DNA of 64,000 nucleotides from Armatimonadota bacterium (GTDB taxonomy: Bacteria; Sysuimicrobiota; Sysuimicrobiia; Sysuimicrobiales; Humicultoraceae), in contig JBBIOB010000010.1 of NCBI GenBank assembly GCA_037443565.1, positions 1,329-65,328 of the forward strand, written 5' to 3'. Shown here one piece after another: positions 30,011 through 39,460 of the stretch (its first letter is position 1; the number at the start of each line of letters is the position of its first letter). The position numbers were made by a program, and so were the translations under genes. The notes under the pieces are model-generated. The model was not told where the DNA came from, did no database searches, and was given only the letters and a program-made list of their open reading frames with translations.

Positions 30011-30640
30011 GTGAGGACACCTGAACCGGTCGCGCTCACCCGCGCGCGGTACGACCGGCTGGCCCCGCTCTACGATATCCTGGAGTGGTTGCCCGAGCGT
30101 ACCCGGTTCTCGCACTGGCGCGCCCGCCTGTGGCGCCACATACCCCCCGGCCGCCTGCTCGAAGTGGGCGTGGGGACGGGCAAGAACATGCCCCACTATC
30201 CGCCTGAGGCCTCGGTAACGGCCGTCGACATCAGTCCGAAGATGCTCGCCCGGGCGGCCCGGCGGGCCGCCGGGATGGGACGTGAGCTCCATCTCCATCT
30301 CATGGACGTCCAGAGCCTGGAGTTCCCCGCCGCCGCGTTCGACGCCGCCGCGGCGACCTTCGTCTTCTGCTCGGTGCCCGATCCGGTGCGCGGTCTGCGC
30401 GAACTGCGGCGCGTGGTCCGGCCCGGCGGCCGCATCTTCCTGCTCGAGCACATGCGCGCCGACCACCCGATCCTGGGCCGGATCATGGACTGGCTGGACC
30501 CGATTGTTGTCCGCCTGCTGGGACCACACATCAACCGCCGCACGGTCGACAACGTGGCGGCGGCCGGGCTGGAGATCGAGACTGCCGAGGATCTGGCCGC
30601 CTTCGGAATGGTCCGGCTGATCACCGCGCGTGTACCATGA
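30011..30640 (+). CDS. Class I SAM-dependent methyltransferase
   Basis: SAM-binding motif I (LLEVGVGTGKN) and Methyltransf_11/25-like length. A GTG start is assumed. Confidence 0.7.
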   Translation: MRTPEPVALTRARYDRLAPLYDILEWLPERTRFSHWRARLWRHIPPGRLLEVGVGTGKNMPHYPPEASVTAVDISPKMLARAARRAAGMGRELHLHLMDVQSLEFPAAAFDAAAATFVFCSVPDPVRGLRELRRVVRPGGRIFLLEHMRADHPILGRIMDWLDPIVVRLLGPHINRRTVDNVAAAGLEIETAEDLAAFGMVRLITARVP

Positions 30641-30647
30641 GGCCAGC

Positions 30648-31325
30648 ATGAAGATCCTCATCGTCGAAGACGAGGAGACGATGGTCACCTCCCTGCAGGC
30701 CTTGCTGACGCGCGAAGGCTACCAGGTCGCTGTCGCCAGGGACGGCCCAGAAGGCGTCGAGGCCGCGCGGACCACGCTGCCCGACCTGGTCCTGCTCGAC
30801 CTGGCGCTGCCCGGGCTGGACGGCCTGGAGGTGTGCCGGCGGATCCGACTGTTCAGCACCGCGCCCGTCATCATGCTCACGGCGCGCGCCAGCGAAGGCG
30901 ACAAGGTCACCGGCCTTGAGGTCGGCGCGGACGACTACGTCACCAAGCCTTTCTCACCACGCGAGCTGATCGCGCGCATCCGCGCCCAGCTTCGACGGGT
31001 CCAGACGTACGCGCAGGCCGGCCAGCACGATCTCTTGGAAACCGACGAGATCACCATGGACGTGCCGGCCCGTAAGGTGCTCGTGCGGGGACGCGAAGCG
31101 TCATTGTCCCCCAAGGAGTTCGACCTGCTGCGCGTGCTGATGGTGAACGCCGGCCGCGTGCTGGGCCGCGACTACCTGCTCGACCGGGTCTGGGGCGAGA
31201 GTTACGCTGGCGACGTCCGCACCCTGGACGTACACATCCGCTGGCTGCGCGAGAAGATCGAGCGCGATCCCGGCGCACCCCGGCACATCCTGACCGTGCA
31301 CGGCGTCGGCTACCGGTTCGAGTAG
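30648..31325 (+). CDS. OmpR/PhoB-family response regulator
   Basis: REC domain (MKILIVEDEETM…LLDLALPGLDG…) and a winged-helix trans_reg_C domain (…LTVHGVGYRFE). Confidence 0.85.
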   Translation: MKILIVEDEETMVTSLQALLTREGYQVAVARDGPEGVEAARTTLPDLVLLDLALPGLDGLEVCRRIRLFSTAPVIMLTARASEGDKVTGLEVGADDYVTKPFSPRELIARIRAQLRRVQTYAQAGQHDLLETDEITMDVPARKVLVRGREASLSPKEFDLLRVLMVNAGRVLGRDYLLDRVWGESYAGDVRTLDVHIRWLREKIERDPGAPRHILTVHGVGYRFE

Positions 31326-31327
31326 CG

Positions 31328-32725
31328 ATGTTCCGGCACATCCGGTGGCGGCTGCTGGCGACCTATCTGGTGGTCATCCTGCTCGCGCTCTCGTTCCTCG
31401 GCGTGCACCTGGCGCTCGACTCAGAAGCCCGCTACCTGGCCCAGGTCGAATCGGGCCTGCTGGCGCAGGCGCGGCTCATCGCGGTGCACGTGAGTCCGGC
31501 GGTGGCCGCCGGCGACCAGGCGCGCACCCAGGCGGAGCTGCGGGGTACGCAGTTCCCCGGCAACCCCTCGGTCCTCGTGCTCGATCCGGGGGAACAGGTC
31601 CTGGCGCTCCACGCGGCCGACCCGTCGTTTCGCGCGGGGGCCCACCTCGGCCGGGAAGGCATTCCCGCGGCCCTGCGAGGCATCGAGTCGGCGGGCTCGA
31701 CGCGCGTGGATGGCGTCCCGGTCGTCTACGGAGCCGTTCCCATCCAGGCGGACGGCGAGGTCGTCGGAGCCGTGTACGTGGCCCTGCCCGTCCACGAGCT
31801 CGCGGCGCAGATCCGCCACACGCGGGTGTTCGTGGGCTGGACGATCCTCCTGACCATGCTCTGGGCGGCCCTGGTGAGCTTCCTGCTCGCCCAGCGCATC
31901 GCCGGGCCGATCCAGGAGATGCGCACGGCCACGGCGCGCATGGCCGCAGGCGAGCTAGACCAGCGGGTGCGTGTGCGCACGAACGATGAGCTTGGCGATC
32001 TGGCCCGATCGCTCAACTACATGGCCGCCGAACTCGAGCGGCTGGACGCCATGCGCAGGGAGTTTGTCGCCGATGCGTCGCACGAACTGCGCACCCCCGT
32101 AGCGAATCTCGCGGTGGCGGTCGAGGCGCTGCGGGCCGGCCTGCCGGCGAGAGCGGCTCAGGCGGCGCCGCTCGTGGACGCCATCGAACGCGAGGTGGCC
32201 CGGCTGCGTGCGCTGGTCGAGACGCTGCTCGACCTGTCGGCGATCGAGTCGGGCCGCGTCCAGCTCCACATGGTGCCGACAGACCTCTCCGACCTGACCG
32301 GCCGCGTCATCGAGTCGTTTCGCGCCCGTGCGACGCAGCGTGGTGTCGAGGTCGCGCATGGCGTCGCAGTGCGGCCGGTGTCCGCGCTCGCAGACCCTGA
32401 TCGAATGACCCAGGTGGTCAGCAATCTTGTGGACAACGCGCTGAAGTTTACGCCATCCGGAGGTCGGATCACCCTGACCGTGGAAGAGCGGCGCGGACGT
32501 GCGCTCATCCGCGTCGACGACACCGGCCCCGGGATTCCCCCCAGCGACCTTCCCCACCTCTTCGACCGCTTCTTCAAGGCCGACCGCTCGCGCACCGGCC
32601 GGGGTGGCGCGGGGCTCGGGCTCGCGATCGCGAAACGCCTGATGGTGATGCAGGGTGGCGATCTGACGGCTGAGAACCGACCCGACGGGGGTGCCCGATT
32701 CACCGCAACGCTTCCCGCGTCTTAA
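31328..32725 (+). CDS. Sensor histidine kinase (TM-HAMP-HisKA-HATPase), partner of the OmpR-type regulator
   Basis: HAMP, H-box (VADASHELRTP), and N, G1 and G2 boxes (…DDTGPGIP…GGAGLGLAIAKRLM…). Confidence 0.85.
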   Translation: MFRHIRWRLLATYLVVILLALSFLGVHLALDSEARYLAQVESGLLAQARLIAVHVSPAVAAGDQARTQAELRGTQFPGNPSVLVLDPGEQVLALHAADPSFRAGAHLGREGIPAALRGIESAGSTRVDGVPVVYGAVPIQADGEVVGAVYVALPVHELAAQIRHTRVFVGWTILLTMLWAALVSFLLAQRIAGPIQEMRTATARMAAGELDQRVRVRTNDELGDLARSLNYMAAELERLDAMRREFVADASHELRTPVANLAVAVEALRAGLPARAAQAAPLVDAIEREVARLRALVETLLDLSAIESGRVQLHMVPTDLSDLTGRVIESFRARATQRGVEVAHGVAVRPVSALADPDRMTQVVSNLVDNALKFTPSGGRITLTVEERRGRALIRVDDTGPGIPPSDLPHLFDRFFKADRSRTGRGGAGLGLAIAKRLMVMQGGDLTAENRPDGGARFTATLPAS

Positions 32726-32795
32726 CACTCTCTTAACCCCACACAGATCCGAACATGTATAGTCGGGTGGACATTCTCCAATCCGGGGGGGATAC

Positions 32796-33197
32796 ATGCG
32801 AGCGAGAACCTGGGTCGCAAGTGTTGTAGTCCTGATCGCCGCCGCAGCCGCTGGATGCGCACAGCGCGCACCCCAGCCGGCGGCCGCCCCGCCGCCGGCC
32901 GCCACGGAAGGCGCGCAGTCGGTCGAGGTCACCATGCGCGACTTCGCCTTCGAGCCCAGGACCATCCAGGTCAGGGCCGGGACGGTGAACTTCGTGCTGA
33001 CCAACCAGGGCGGTGTGGAGCACGACTTCGCCATTCCCGCCCTTGAGGCACACGGCGAACACGAGCAGCACGTCGTCAGGCCTGGGCAGAGCCTCACGGT
33101 CACGCTGGACCTCCGGCCAGGAACCTACGAGGCCATCTGCACCATCCCCGGTCACAAGGAAGCTGGGATGGTTGCCACCGTGGAGGTCAGTCCGTAG
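32796..33197 (+). CDS. Cupredoxin (blue-copper, plastocyanin/azurin-like) lipoprotein
   Basis: Lipobox (AAAAGC), type-1 copper ligands His…Cys-x2-His-x4-Met (EHDF…CTIPGHKEAGM). Confidence 0.75.
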   Translation: MRARTWVASVVVLIAAAAAGCAQRAPQPAAAPPPAATEGAQSVEVTMRDFAFEPRTIQVRAGTVNFVLTNQGGVEHDFAIPALEAHGEHEQHVVRPGQSLTVTLDLRPGTYEAICTIPGHKEAGMVATVEVSP

Positions 33198-33204
33198 AGG
33201 CGAC

Positions 33205-33230
33205 CCTCGCAGGGGTCGGCCGGTGGGGAT
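33205..33230. terminator. Possible bidirectional stem-loop between convergent cupredoxin and ATPase genes
   Basis: GGCGACCCtcgcagGGGTCGGCC imperfect hairpin between the two stop codons. No U-tract, as is common in high-GC genomes. Confidence 0.25.
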
Positions 33231-35227
33231 CAGCCGCGGGCCGCATGCAGGGCGGGCGCGGGCTTGAGCACGGCGTCCGCCCGCCGGGTCCGGAACGTCA
33301 GCAGCCGGCTCGAGTTAATGACGACGAACAGCGACGCGACGTTGTGGACGATCGCGGCGCCGATGGGGGAGAGCATGCCGCTGCCGGCGAGTGCGATCCC
33401 GACGATGTTCACCGCCACGGCGAACCCCCAGATGTTCTGGCGGATGATGCCGACGGCGCGCCGCGACAGGGCCAGGATCTCGGGCAGGAGCGACAGGTCG
33501 TCGCCCATGAGCGCAATGTCCGCGGACTCGAGCGCGACATCGGTCCCGGCGGCGCCCATCGCCACGCCCACGTTCGCCAGCACCAGGGCCGGCGCATCGT
33601 TGACCCCGTCGCCGATCATGGCCACAACCTCGCCGGCGGCCTGGAGCTCGCGGATCACGTCGAGCTTCTGCTCGGGCAGCAGCCCGGCCCGTGCATCGGT
33701 GATGCCGACCTCGTCCGCGATGGCCTGCGCGGTGACCGCGTGGTCGCCGGTCAGCATCACCACGCGCCGGAGCCCCATCGCCTTCAGGCGCTCGACGATC
33801 GCGCGGGCCTGAGGCCGCACAGCGTCGGCCAGCGCGATCACACCCCAGGGTTCGCCGTCAACCCGCACCACGAGTGCGGTTCGGCCCGCGCGCTCCTGAG
33901 TCAGCAGCGCCTCGCGCGCGGGATCGCCGTCGTCCAGCAGGCGCTGATTGCCGACCTCGATGCGGCGGCCCCCCCACACGGCCTCGACCCCGCGGCCGAA
34001 TGCCATGGTGAACTGCTCGGGATCGGCCAGCCCCAGGCCCGCGGCGCGGCCATGCTCGACGATGGCGCGTCCGAGTGGGTGCTCCGAGCGCATCTCGGCA
34101 ATACCGGCCATCTGCAGCACGTCACGCGGCTGCCGTCCGCCCATCGGCTCGATCGCTGCGACGACGGGCCGGCCCTGGGTGAGCGTGCCCGTCTTGTCGA
34201 ACGCGACGGCGGTCACATGCCCCGCCGCCTCGAGCGCAATGCCCCCCTTGATCAGTCCGCCCCGGCGCGCCGCGTTGCCGACGCTGGCCACGACGGCGGT
34301 CGGCGTGGCCAGGACGAGCGCGCACGGGCAGGCGATCACCAGCACGGCCATCACGCGCAGCAGGTCGTGCGTGAGAAGCCAGACGCCCGCGGCAATGATC
34401 AGGATGATCGGCGTGAAGTGGGCCGCGAACCGGTCGGCCACCTTCTGGGTCGCGCCCTTCTGCTCCTGGGCCGCGCGCACGATCTGAATGATGCGGCCCA
34501 GCGTGGTGTCGCGGCCGACACGGTCGGCCCGCACCACGAGGGCGCCGGTCAGGCTCGTGGTGCCGGCGAACACCTTCGCGCCGGTGGTCTTGTCGGCGGG
34601 CATCGACTCGCCCGTGATCGACGCCTCGGTGATCGACGCCTCGCCCGACAGGATGACGCCGTCCACCGGCATCCGCTCGCCGGGCCGCACGAGAACCCGG
34701 TCGCCCTCCTGGACCTCGCGGACCGGCACCTCCACCCACGCGCCGTTCCGGTCGACGAGCGCCGCATCGGGGGCGAGGCGCACCAGCTCGCGCACGGCGT
34801 GGCGCGTGCGCTGCAGGGTGAGCTCTTCGAGGAACTCGCCGGCGAGCATCATGAACGCCACGACCGCGGCGGCCATGTATTCGCCCAGGTAGGCCGACCC
34901 CAGGATCGCGATGACGACGAGCGTGCCCGCGGTGATGCGGCGCTGCTCGATCATGGTGACCAGCGTGGGGTAGCCGATGGCCGCCCCGCCCAGGAGCATG
35001 GCGATCACGGCGACGTCGAATCCGGCCAGCGCGTCGATGCCCGGGATGAGCGCAATCAGGATCAGCAGCAGCAGGCCGCCGGGGAGCAGCGCGCGGCGCC
35101 ACAGCGCCCGGCCGAGCGGCCAGAAGGGAGCCGTGCGTAAGGTCGCCGACGCACGCGGCCGTTCCGGCACCGCGCCGTGGACATGGTCGTCGTGATCGTG
35201 AAGGATGGCGTGGTCGCCCTCGTGCAC
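33230..35227 (-). CDS. Heavy-metal-translocating P1B-type ATPase with His-rich N-terminus (no HMA CxxC domain); metal specificity uncertain
   Basis: MHEGDHAILHDHDDHVHG N-terminus, TGES, CPC (IACPCALVLATP), DKTGTLT, GDGVNDAPAL. TM7/8 lack the YN/MxxSS signature of Cu(I) pumps (HNVASLFVVINSSRLL). GTG start. Confidence 0.85.
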   Translation of the reverse strand: MHEGDHAILHDHDDHVHGAVPERPRASATLRTAPFWPLGRALWRRALLPGGLLLLILIALIPGIDALAGFDVAVIAMLLGGAAIGYPTLVTMIEQRRITAGTLVVIAILGSAYLGEYMAAAVVAFMMLAGEFLEELTLQRTRHAVRELVRLAPDAALVDRNGAWVEVPVREVQEGDRVLVRPGERMPVDGVILSGEASITEASITGESMPADKTTGAKVFAGTTSLTGALVVRADRVGRDTTLGRIIQIVRAAQEQKGATQKVADRFAAHFTPIILIIAAGVWLLTHDLLRVMAVLVIACPCALVLATPTAVVASVGNAARRGGLIKGGIALEAAGHVTAVAFDKTGTLTQGRPVVAAIEPMGGRQPRDVLQMAGIAEMRSEHPLGRAIVEHGRAAGLGLADPEQFTMAFGRGVEAVWGGRRIEVGNQRLLDDGDPAREALLTQERAGRTALVVRVDGEPWGVIALADAVRPQARAIVERLKAMGLRRVVMLTGDHAVTAQAIADEVGITDARAGLLPEQKLDVIRELQAAGEVVAMIGDGVNDAPALVLANVGVAMGAAGTDVALESADIALMGDDLSLLPEILALSRRAVGIIRQNIWGFAVAVNIVGIALAGSGMLSPIGAAIVHNVASLFVVINSSRLLTFRTRRADAVLKPAPALHAARG

Positions 35228-35269
35228 GGCGTGCCTCCAGGCGCGCGATGCCGGAGCGGTTCAGGCTCC

Positions 35270-35300
35270 GGAGTGTATCCCCCCGGGGGGGATACACTCC
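35270..35300. promoter_or_regulatory. Near-perfect 31-bp G/C-tract palindrome, candidate CsoR-type operator upstream of the P-type ATPase
   Basis: GGAGTGTATCCCCCCGGGGGGGATACACTCC, 43-73 nt upstream of the ATPase start. It resembles known CsoR operators (ATACCCC…GGGGTAT-type), and a CsoR gene is present at 40424. Confidence 0.5.
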
Positions 35301-35326
35301 CATCGTACCCGGACCTGCGGGTTCTG

Positions 35327-35776
35327 TCAAACGCCGGCCGGGCTCTCCAGAAGTGCTTCAATCGCCTCGGCCGGCTTGATGCCGCCGCCCCGCTGCGCAT
35401 AGCGCTCCCGCAGCGTCTCGATCGACGCGATCGGCGGAGGCGGATTGAACGTCAGGAGGAACGCCGCGGTCCGGTCAGTGGTGTTGCGGACCCCGAGCGA
35501 CACGGTGGGCTCGATGTGGATCGCGTCCCCTGCCGAGGCGACGAACGCGTCGCCGTCGAGCATGACCTCGAGTTCGCCCCGCAGCATGAAGAAGGACAGC
35601 TCGTAGGGGTCCTCCTCGTGGCCGTGAGGCGGCATGAAACCGCCAGGTGGAACATACGCCACGTATGTGAATAGATTCTTGCCGAACACGACCGGCCGGT
35701 ACCAGTAGTCGTCCTGGGCGTGCTGGAACGCTTCGAGCGTCGCGGCCCGAGTGCGACGATAGCGCCTGTCTGCCAA
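35327..35776 (-). CDS. Cupin domain protein
   Basis: Cupin motif region (…YVPPGGFMPPHGHEEDPYELSFFMLRGELEV…AIHIEPTVSLGVRN). Confidence 0.6.
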   Translation of the reverse strand: MADRRYRRTRAATLEAFQHAQDDYWYRPVVFGKNLFTYVAYVPPGGFMPPHGHEEDPYELSFFMLRGELEVMLDGDAFVASAGDAIHIEPTVSLGVRNTTDRTAAFLLTFNPPPPIASIETLRERYAQRGGGIKPAEAIEALLESPAGV

Positions 35777-35820
35777 TGATCTCCCCTCCTCAGCGAGACG
35801 CCGATGCGAGCGTCCGGCGG

Positions 35821-35988
35821 TTAGAGAAACCGCCAGACCAGGAACCCAACGACCGCACCGGCGACGATGGCGCCGGCGACGAGCCGTGCGGGCCCGACCC
35901 GCCCCGCCGACGCGTGGGGGTGGGGATGCGCGTGATCGTGCGGGTGCTCGTGATCGTCGTCCAGGATGATGTGGTCGCCTTCATGCAT
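35821..35988 (-). CDS. Small His-rich membrane-anchored peptide (55 aa), N-terminus shared with the adjacent P-type ATPase
   Basis: Minus-strand ORF MHEGDHIILDDDHEHPHDHAHPHPHASAGRVGPARLVAGAIVAGAVVGFLVWRFL. Below the ORF-track cut-off. It starts 7 nt after the permease stop. Confidence 0.4.
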   Translation of the reverse strand: MHEGDHIILDDDHEHPHDHAHPHPHASAGRVGPARLVAGAIVAGAVVGFLVWRFL

Positions 35989-35995
35989 TGCGGCT

Positions 35996-36865
35996 TCACC
36001 GTCCTCTCATCTTCGGATTGAGCACGGCTTCGAGCGAGTAGCCAAGGAACGCGAACCCCAACGTCGCCGCGGTGATGAGCAATCCCGGCGGCAGCACCCA
36101 CCAGAGCCAGGCGCCGCTGAGAAACGCGTTGCGTGCCTGGGCGTAGTAGAGCACGGTTCCCCAGCTCTTGGCCGTCGGATCGCCGAGCCCGAGGAACGAA
36201 AGCGCCGCCTCGATCAGGATCGAGTTGCTCGCCGCCAGGATGAACTGCGCCAGCGAGAGCGGGAACACCGCGGGCAGGACGTGCCGGAGCATGACGCGAC
36301 CCGGCCGGCTGCCCAGCGCCAGCGCCGCCTCGACGTAGTCGAGGGATCTGACCGACAGGACCTGCGAGCGGACCACGCGCGCCGGACGGGCCCACACCAG
36401 GACCCCGATCACGATGATGATGTTCCAGTAGCTGGGACCCAGGTACGCGGCGAGCAGGATCATCAGCGGCAGGAACGGGATCACCAGCACCAGATCCACG
36501 GCCCGCATGAGCACCACATCCGCCCAGCCGCCCAGGAATCCGGCGACCACGCCCACGGTCGTGCCGATCGTGATGGCAATGCCCGCCGCCAGGAATCCGA
36601 TCGTCAGGGAGATACGGGCGCCGTAGATCAGCTCGCTCAGAACGTCTTGGCCTACGTCGTTGGTCCCCAGGGGGTGCGCGCGGCTGGGAGCCTGGAACGG
36701 ATCGGCCACGGTCTCTTCGGGATTGTAGGGGCTCAGTGCCGGGGCAAAGACCGCCGTCGTGGTGAGCGCGGCCAGCAGGAACAGACCCACCCATCCCACC
36801 GGGCCCACGGCGAGGCGCCGGCGGCGCGTGAGTGCCCGCGGAATCGCCGGCGCCAGCACGGTCAT
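35996..36865 (-). CDS. ABC transporter permease (DppC/OppC-like)
   Basis: BPD_transp_1 signature region (…AALALGSRPGRVMLRHVLP…) and an N-terminal OppC-like extension. Confidence 0.8.
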   Translation of the reverse strand: MTVLAPAIPRALTRRRRLAVGPVGWVGLFLLAALTTTAVFAPALSPYNPEETVADPFQAPSRAHPLGTNDVGQDVLSELIYGARISLTIGFLAAGIAITIGTTVGVVAGFLGGWADVVLMRAVDLVLVIPFLPLMILLAAYLGPSYWNIIIVIGVLVWARPARVVRSQVLSVRSLDYVEAALALGSRPGRVMLRHVLPAVFPLSLAQFILAASNSILIEAALSFLGLGDPTAKSWGTVLYYAQARNAFLSGAWLWWVLPPGLLITAATLGFAFLGYSLEAVLNPKMRGR

Positions 36866-37833
36866 CGCTGCCGCACCCTTGGGTCGATCAGCGGATAGAG
36901 CAGGTCGGCGAGGATGTTGGCGGCGATCACACTGACCGTGATGATGAAGAACGTCCCCTGCATCACGGGATAGTCGCGGTTGAGCACGGCCTCGTACAGG
37001 AGCCGGCCGACCCCAGGATACGAGAAGACGGTCTCCACGATCGTGGCGCCGCTCGCGATGAACCCCAGGCTCAGCATGAACACCGTGGCGACTGGCAGCA
37101 GGGCGTTGCGCACGGCGTGCCGGCGCAGGACGGCCCGCTCGGCCACGCCCTTGGCCCGGGCCGTGACGATGTACTGCTCGCCAAGCACGGCCAGCATCGA
37201 GTAGCGCATGATCAGGTAGACACCTGGCGTGGTGATGAGCGTCAGCGTCGCCAGCGGCAGCGCAAGATGCCGCGCCCGATCAAGCAGCAGCGGCCATCCC
37301 GCCAGCGCCGCGCCGGCGGTGCCCGCGCCGAAGATCGGGAGCCAGCCCAGACCGGCGGCGAACACCGCGATGAAGATCATCCCGAGCCAGAACGACGGCA
37401 CCGACTCGAACAGCATGGCCACGCCCAGCGAGCCCAGGTCGAGCGCCGACCCCCGCCGCCAGGCGGCCATCGCCCCCAGCGCGGCCCCGGCCAGCGTCGC
37501 CAGCACGAGCGCGGTCCCCACCAGCAGGAGGGTCCAGGGCAGCCGCTCGGCGATCATGTGCGAGATCGGCCGGCCGCGCTGGAACGAGTAGCCGAGCTGT
37601 CCGCGGGCCAGGTTGGCCACGTACGTGGCAAACTGCTTCCACTGCGGCTCGTTGAGGCCGTAGAGGCTGTAGAGCTGCTCGCGTTGCTCCGGCGTGAGGA
37701 ACCCAACGTCCTCGCCGGCCAGGAAAACCAGGGGGCTGCCCGGCATCATCCGGGGCAGGAAGAAGTTGAGGGCGACCGTCAGCGCGAGAACGAGGAGATA
37801 CTGCGCCCCCCTCCCCGCAAAGAAGCGCCACAC
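36862..37833 (-). CDS. ABC transporter permease (DppB/OppB-like)
   Basis: Six-TM permease with EAA-like loop (…ARAKGVAERAVLRRHAVRNALLP…); 4-nt overlap with the downstream permease. Confidence 0.8.
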   Translation of the reverse strand: MWRFFAGRGAQYLLVLALTVALNFFLPRMMPGSPLVFLAGEDVGFLTPEQREQLYSLYGLNEPQWKQFATYVANLARGQLGYSFQRGRPISHMIAERLPWTLLLVGTALVLATLAGAALGAMAAWRRGSALDLGSLGVAMLFESVPSFWLGMIFIAVFAAGLGWLPIFGAGTAGAALAGWPLLLDRARHLALPLATLTLITTPGVYLIMRYSMLAVLGEQYIVTARAKGVAERAVLRRHAVRNALLPVATVFMLSLGFIASGATIVETVFSYPGVGRLLYEAVLNRDYPVMQGTFFIITVSVIAANILADLLYPLIDPRVRQR

Positions 37834-37867
37834 CCCGCGTGATCCCCCCTACCCCGGCGCCGCCGCC

Positions 37868-39460
37868 TCAGGGTCTCGGCGGAGTGACAAACGACAGCTT
37901 GTTCACGATCCCCTGGCCCTTCTGGTAGACCCACGCGTCGTGCCGGTCGGCGCGGTACGCGTAGACGCCGTCCTGGTAGAACAGCACGTGGATCGGGACG
38001 TCCGCGGCGATGACCTTCTGCATCTCGAAGAGGATCTGCTTCTGGCGGTCGGGCGAAGTGGCCGTCGCCAGGTCGGCACCGAGCCGGTCGATCTCGGGGT
38101 TCTTGTAGCCGCCGATATTGATGGTGCCGAAGCGGCAGTCGGAGTGGAACAGGTCGCGCAGCGACGTCGCGCGGTTCATCACCGGCGCCGACCAGCCGAA
38201 CACGGCCATGTCGAAGCGCCGCCCCTTGCAGACATCGAAGTCCGGCCAGACCTGCGCGATGATGCTCGCGTCCTCCTGGGCGACGACGCGGACGTCGATG
38301 CCGACATCACGCAGCCAGGTGCGGATCAGGTCGGCGCCGCGGACGCGGATGGGATTGCCGGCCAGCGTCAGCAGGGTGAACCGCAGCGGCGTGCCGTCCG
38401 GCGCGTCGCGGATGCCATCGCGGTTGCGGTCTGTGTAGCCGGCCTCGTTGAGGAGCTGCACCGCCCGGGTCTTGTTGGCGGTGAACGTCACCGCCGGGTT
38501 GTAGAACGGCGAGTCGGGGTGAATGTACCCCGGGCTGCCGACCACGCCGTACCCCAGTAGCAGCAGCCGCACCATGAGCCGGGTGTTGATGGCATGCGCG
38601 ATCGCCTGCCGCAGCCTGACGTCCTTGAGGAGTGGGTGCTCGTAGTTGAACTGGAGGAGCGTGGTGGCATAACCGGCGCCGCGGGCGACCTTCATCCCGG
38701 CGGTCTTCTCGAACTCAGCCACCACCTCCGGCGACAGTGGCCGCACGGTCGTGTCGATCTCGCCGGCCTTGAGCGCGGTGAAGGTGACCGTCGCGTCCCT
38801 CACGATCGGCAGGATCAGCTCGCGGACCTTGGGCCGGCCGGCGAAGTAGGTGTCGTTGGCCACCAACCGGTAGAACTGCCCGTCGCGGACCTCGGCCACG
38901 CGGTAGGGACCGCTGCCGATCACGTCGTTGAACCGGCGCGGCTCGGTCACGTTCTCCCAGATGTGCCTCGGCAGGATCGGGAGGTCGGCCAGGGGCTGCG
39001 CGGCAAACCCGCTGCTGGGCGCCGACAGGCGGATGGTGAGCCCGGTCGGGCCAGAGGTCTCGATACTCTCGATGCCCCGCACCTGCGAGGTCCACCGGGA
39101 GTGGGTATGCCGACGCACGTACTCGTACGTGAACTTCACGTCGTCGGCCGTGAACGGCCGGCCGTCGTGCCACCTGAGGTTGGGGTGCAGCGTGAACGTC
39201 CAGGTCCGGCCGTCGGCGCTGACGTTGAACTGGCGGACGAGCCAGGGCCGCGGAATGTTATCGGCGTCGGGAGTGAAGAGCGGCTCGTACACCAGCGTCA
39301 TGAGGTTCCAGCCCGGATACCCGCTCTGATACGTATAGGGATTCAGCGAGCCTTCATCGCGCGTGATCGCCATCCGCAGGGCACCGGTCTGCCCCGATGA
39401 CGGCAGCGTGATCGCCAGGACCAGCGCGAGCGCGATCACTCCATGGACAGCCGTACGCAT
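37868..39460 (-). CDS. ABC transporter substrate-binding protein, family 5
   Basis: Signal peptide (MRTAVHGVIALALVLAITLPSSG) and SBP_bac_5 architecture. Confidence 0.8.
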   Translation of the reverse strand: MRTAVHGVIALALVLAITLPSSGQTGALRMAITRDEGSLNPYTYQSGYPGWNLMTLVYEPLFTPDADNIPRPWLVRQFNVSADGRTWTFTLHPNLRWHDGRPFTADDVKFTYEYVRRHTHSRWTSQVRGIESIETSGPTGLTIRLSAPSSGFAAQPLADLPILPRHIWENVTEPRRFNDVIGSGPYRVAEVRDGQFYRLVANDTYFAGRPKVRELILPIVRDATVTFTALKAGEIDTTVRPLSPEVVAEFEKTAGMKVARGAGYATTLLQFNYEHPLLKDVRLRQAIAHAINTRLMVRLLLLGYGVVGSPGYIHPDSPFYNPAVTFTANKTRAVQLLNEAGYTDRNRDGIRDAPDGTPLRFTLLTLAGNPIRVRGADLIRTWLRDVGIDVRVVAQEDASIIAQVWPDFDVCKGRRFDMAVFGWSAPVMNRATSLRDLFHSDCRFGTINIGGYKNPEIDRLGADLATATSPDRQKQILFEMQKVIAADVPIHVLFYQDGVYAYRADRHDAWVYQKGQGIVNKLSFVTPPRP

